DNA from: Verrucomicrobiota bacterium
GTDB taxonomy: Bacteria; Verrucomicrobiota; Verrucomicrobiia; Limisphaerales; AAA164-E04
Length of the DNA: 64,000 bases
Assembly: GCA_047947115.1 (NCBI GenBank)
Contig: CP170459.1
Location: 5,696,001 to 5,760,000 of the forward strand
Reading direction: 5' to 3'
Numbering within the stretch: position 1 is the first letter of the stretch; each line of letters begins with the position of its first letter. The notes under the pieces are model-generated. The model saw nothing but the letters and a program-made list of their open reading frames with translations, was not told where the DNA came from and searched no databases. Below are positions 61,930 to 64,000 of this stretch, piece by piece. A program made the translations under genes and the position numbers.

Positions 61930-63012
61930 ATGGACCTCCTCATCAAAAAATCTTCACAAAGCATGATTCGGATAGGCTTCGTACCGCTCAATGATGCCGC
62001 ACCCTTTCTGATGGCCCAGGAACTGGACTTGTTCGGGGATTATGGTCTGAACGTTCAACTCAGCCGAGAGCTGGGCTGGGCTTCCATTCGGGACAAAGTG
62101 GCTACGGGTGAGTTGACCGCTGCTCAATCGATACTGGGGCTTCCCATGGCCATGTTTTCTCCTGAAAGTCCGTCTTCCTCCCAACCGTTTATTGCCCCCC
62201 TCATCACCAGTCTACAAGGCAACGCAATCACCATCGCCAAACATTTTCGAGATGAAGGATACCAAACACCTCGCTCAATAATGCATTGGCATCGCGACAA
62301 AGGCACTGCACGGCCACTGACTTTCGCCATCGTATCACGATACTCAAGCCATCACATACTGATAAGGCAGTGGCTGAAAAGTGATGGCATCGATCCCGAT
62401 ACGGATGTCAATCTGGTCGTCCTGCCTCCACCACAAATGGTTCACCACCTGAAAGCAGGCCATATTGATGGCTATTGCGTTGGAGAACCATGGAATTCGA
62501 TCGGCATCATGGCTGGGAGCGGCTTTTGCGTGGCGACCAGTGCGGAAATTTCACCTTATCACCCGGAAAAATTACTCATGATTTCCAGGCAATTTGCCGA
62601 ATCGAACAAAGACCAATGTGTCAGACTCGTCGCCGCAGTGTTGGAGGCTTGCAGACTGTGCAACCAGCCATCTTCATTGGACATGATGAGCCGGGTATTG
62701 GCACGCCATGATTATTTGAATCTATCACCTGACATCCTACAGGATACCCTTACCGGAACAATTATCCGCCAAAACAATTCCAAATTGGATACTTCCAGGG
62801 ATTTCATCGTGTTCAGCGGAGAAAGGGTCAATGTGCCCTGCTCCCGAAAACGCAATTGGATTGGAAAGCATTTAACCGAGATCGGATTGCTGAAATTGCC
62901 AGAGTCATCCAAAGCTTCGTTACTCAATACCATTTATTCCGAAAAACTTTATCAGTCTGCCACGGCACTAACGGAAGCATCCGCCATCCCCCCTCAACCG
63001 TCTGCAGCGTGA
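61930..63012 (+). CDS. Cytoplasmic NrtA/CmpA-fold protein (NasS-like nitrate sensor)
   Basis: [36 protein letters not shown]; no signal peptide. Confidence 0.8.
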   Translation: MDLLIKKSSQSMIRIGFVPLNDAAPFLMAQELDLFGDYGLNVQLSRELGWASIRDKVATGELTAAQSILGLPMAMFSPESPSSSQPFIAPLITSLQGNAITIAKHFRDEGYQTPRSIMHWHRDKGTARPLTFAIVSRYSSHHILIRQWLKSDGIDPDTDVNLVVLPPPQMVHHLKAGHIDGYCVGEPWNSIGIMAGSGFCVATSAEISPYHPEKLLMISRQFAESNKDQCVRLVAAVLEACRLCNQPSSLDMMSRVLARHDYLNLSPDILQDTLTGTIIRQNNSKLDTSRDFIVFSGERVNVPCSRKRNWIGKHLTEIGLLKLPESSKASLLNTIYSEKLYQSATALTEASAIPPQPSAA

Positions 63013-63079
63013 ATTTGCCCTGATGCGTTTTAAACAAAACGAGGAAGGGTTTGTGAACCCATAAAGCGAAAGAAAACAC

Positions 63080-64000
63080 ATGACATCCATACAATATATC
63101 ACCACACATTCCAATAGAGTGCGCAAAAAGCACAAAAAGGGGCGACTGTATACATTATCAATCATCTACATTGCATGTCTCGGCATGCTCGGGGGCATCA
63201 CCCATAAGGTCCACGGAGAACTGCTGGATGTGGAAAAAGATGAACTCACTTTCGGTTTCATCAAGCTCACCGACTGCGCCCCTTTGGTCATTGCCAAAGA
63301 AAAATTGTTCTTCGAGGAAGAAGGCTTGGATGTCAAATTGGAAGCCCAGGCGAATTGGAAAATCCTTCTGGACCGTGTGATCAGTGGGGAACTGGATGGC
63401 GCGCACATGCTGGCAGGCCAGCCCATCGGCGCCACCATCGGATTCGGCACACAAGCTCATATCATCACTCCATACAGTCTTGATTACAATGGAAATGGCA
63501 TCACTGTTTCCAACGAATTGTGGGAACGAATGCAGTCAAATGATGAAGCCCTGAAGTCCCCCACCCCCAAGCACCCCATCACGGCAGACTCGCTGAAACC
63601 TGAGGTGGAAGCTCGCAAGACCAAAGGAGACACCATGCGCATGGGGATGGTGTTTCCAGTCTCAACACACAACTATGAAATCCGGTACTGGCTTGCAGCT
63701 GCAGGAATTCGTCCTGGCTATTATCTGGATATCGCGTCGGGAGCCATTGATACCACCGGCACAACGGATGCGGATGTGCTGCTATCAGTGACACCTCCCC
63801 CGCAAATGCCGGCAACGCTGGAAGCGAAAACAATCGACGGATACTGTGTAGGCGAGCCATGGAACCAACAAGCCGTCGCGCGCGGAATAGGTGTACCCGT
63901 CACCACCAATTATGACATTTGGAAAAACAACCCGGAAAAGGTCTTTGGCGTAACCAGTCAATGGGCCAAGGAGAATCCGAACACCATCATTGCGATTACC
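63080..64000 (+). CDS. nrtA: Nitrate/nitrite (NrtA/CmpA family) ABC transporter substrate-binding protein, 3'-truncated by the window edge; absent from the ORF track
   Basis: MTSIQY..signal segment..[46 protein letters not shown]; frame open to 64000. Confidence 0.9.
   Translation, partial: MTSIQYITTHSNRVRKKHKKGRLYTLSIIYIACLGMLGGITHKVHGELLDVEKDELTFGFIKLTDCAPLVIAKEKLFFEEEGLDVKLEAQANWKILLDRVISGELDGAHMLAGQPIGATIGFGTQAHIITPYSLDYNGNGITVSNELWERMQSNDEALKSPTPKHPITADSLKPEVEARKTKGDTMRMGMVFPVSTHNYEIRYWLAAAGIRPGYYLDIASGAIDTTGTTDADVLLSVTPPPQMPATLEAKTIDGYCVGEPWNQQAVARGIGVPVTTNYDIWKNNPEKVFGVTSQWAKENPNTIIAIT

Overview
Ordinary-looking chromosomal segment (roughly 50% GC by eye), most likely from a Verrucomicrobiota bacterium. 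This placement is inferred from the PVC-type heme/PQQ-propeller proteins, the very long GreA and the gene styles, not from a marker gene. Housekeeping content: uvrA, greA, rsmB, coaD-yceD-rpmF-plsX-fabH, accD, comF, tRNA-Phe. Other content: a feoA-feoA-feoB iron-uptake operon with a Fur-like box, a lactate permease, a PilZ-like/pilT module, a MacAB-like ABC exporter, many secreted glycan-processing or redox proteins, and the start of a nitrate-type ABC locus (LysR, NasS-like protein, NrtA). I found no CRISPR array, prophage, integrase or IS. Most notable sequence-level observations: (1) a ~240-nt nested inverted-repeat element with competing pairings between greA and uvrA; (2) an atypical Ser/Thr kinase with degenerate K/E/DFG motifs; (3) a NasS-like sensor paired with a LysR rather than an ANTAR regulator; (4) a 56-aa lipoprotein missing from the ORF track; (5) a frameshifted glycoside hydrolase-like gene; (6) a deletion-scarred two-gene chimera. 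All calls come from reading motifs by eye; no searches were run.
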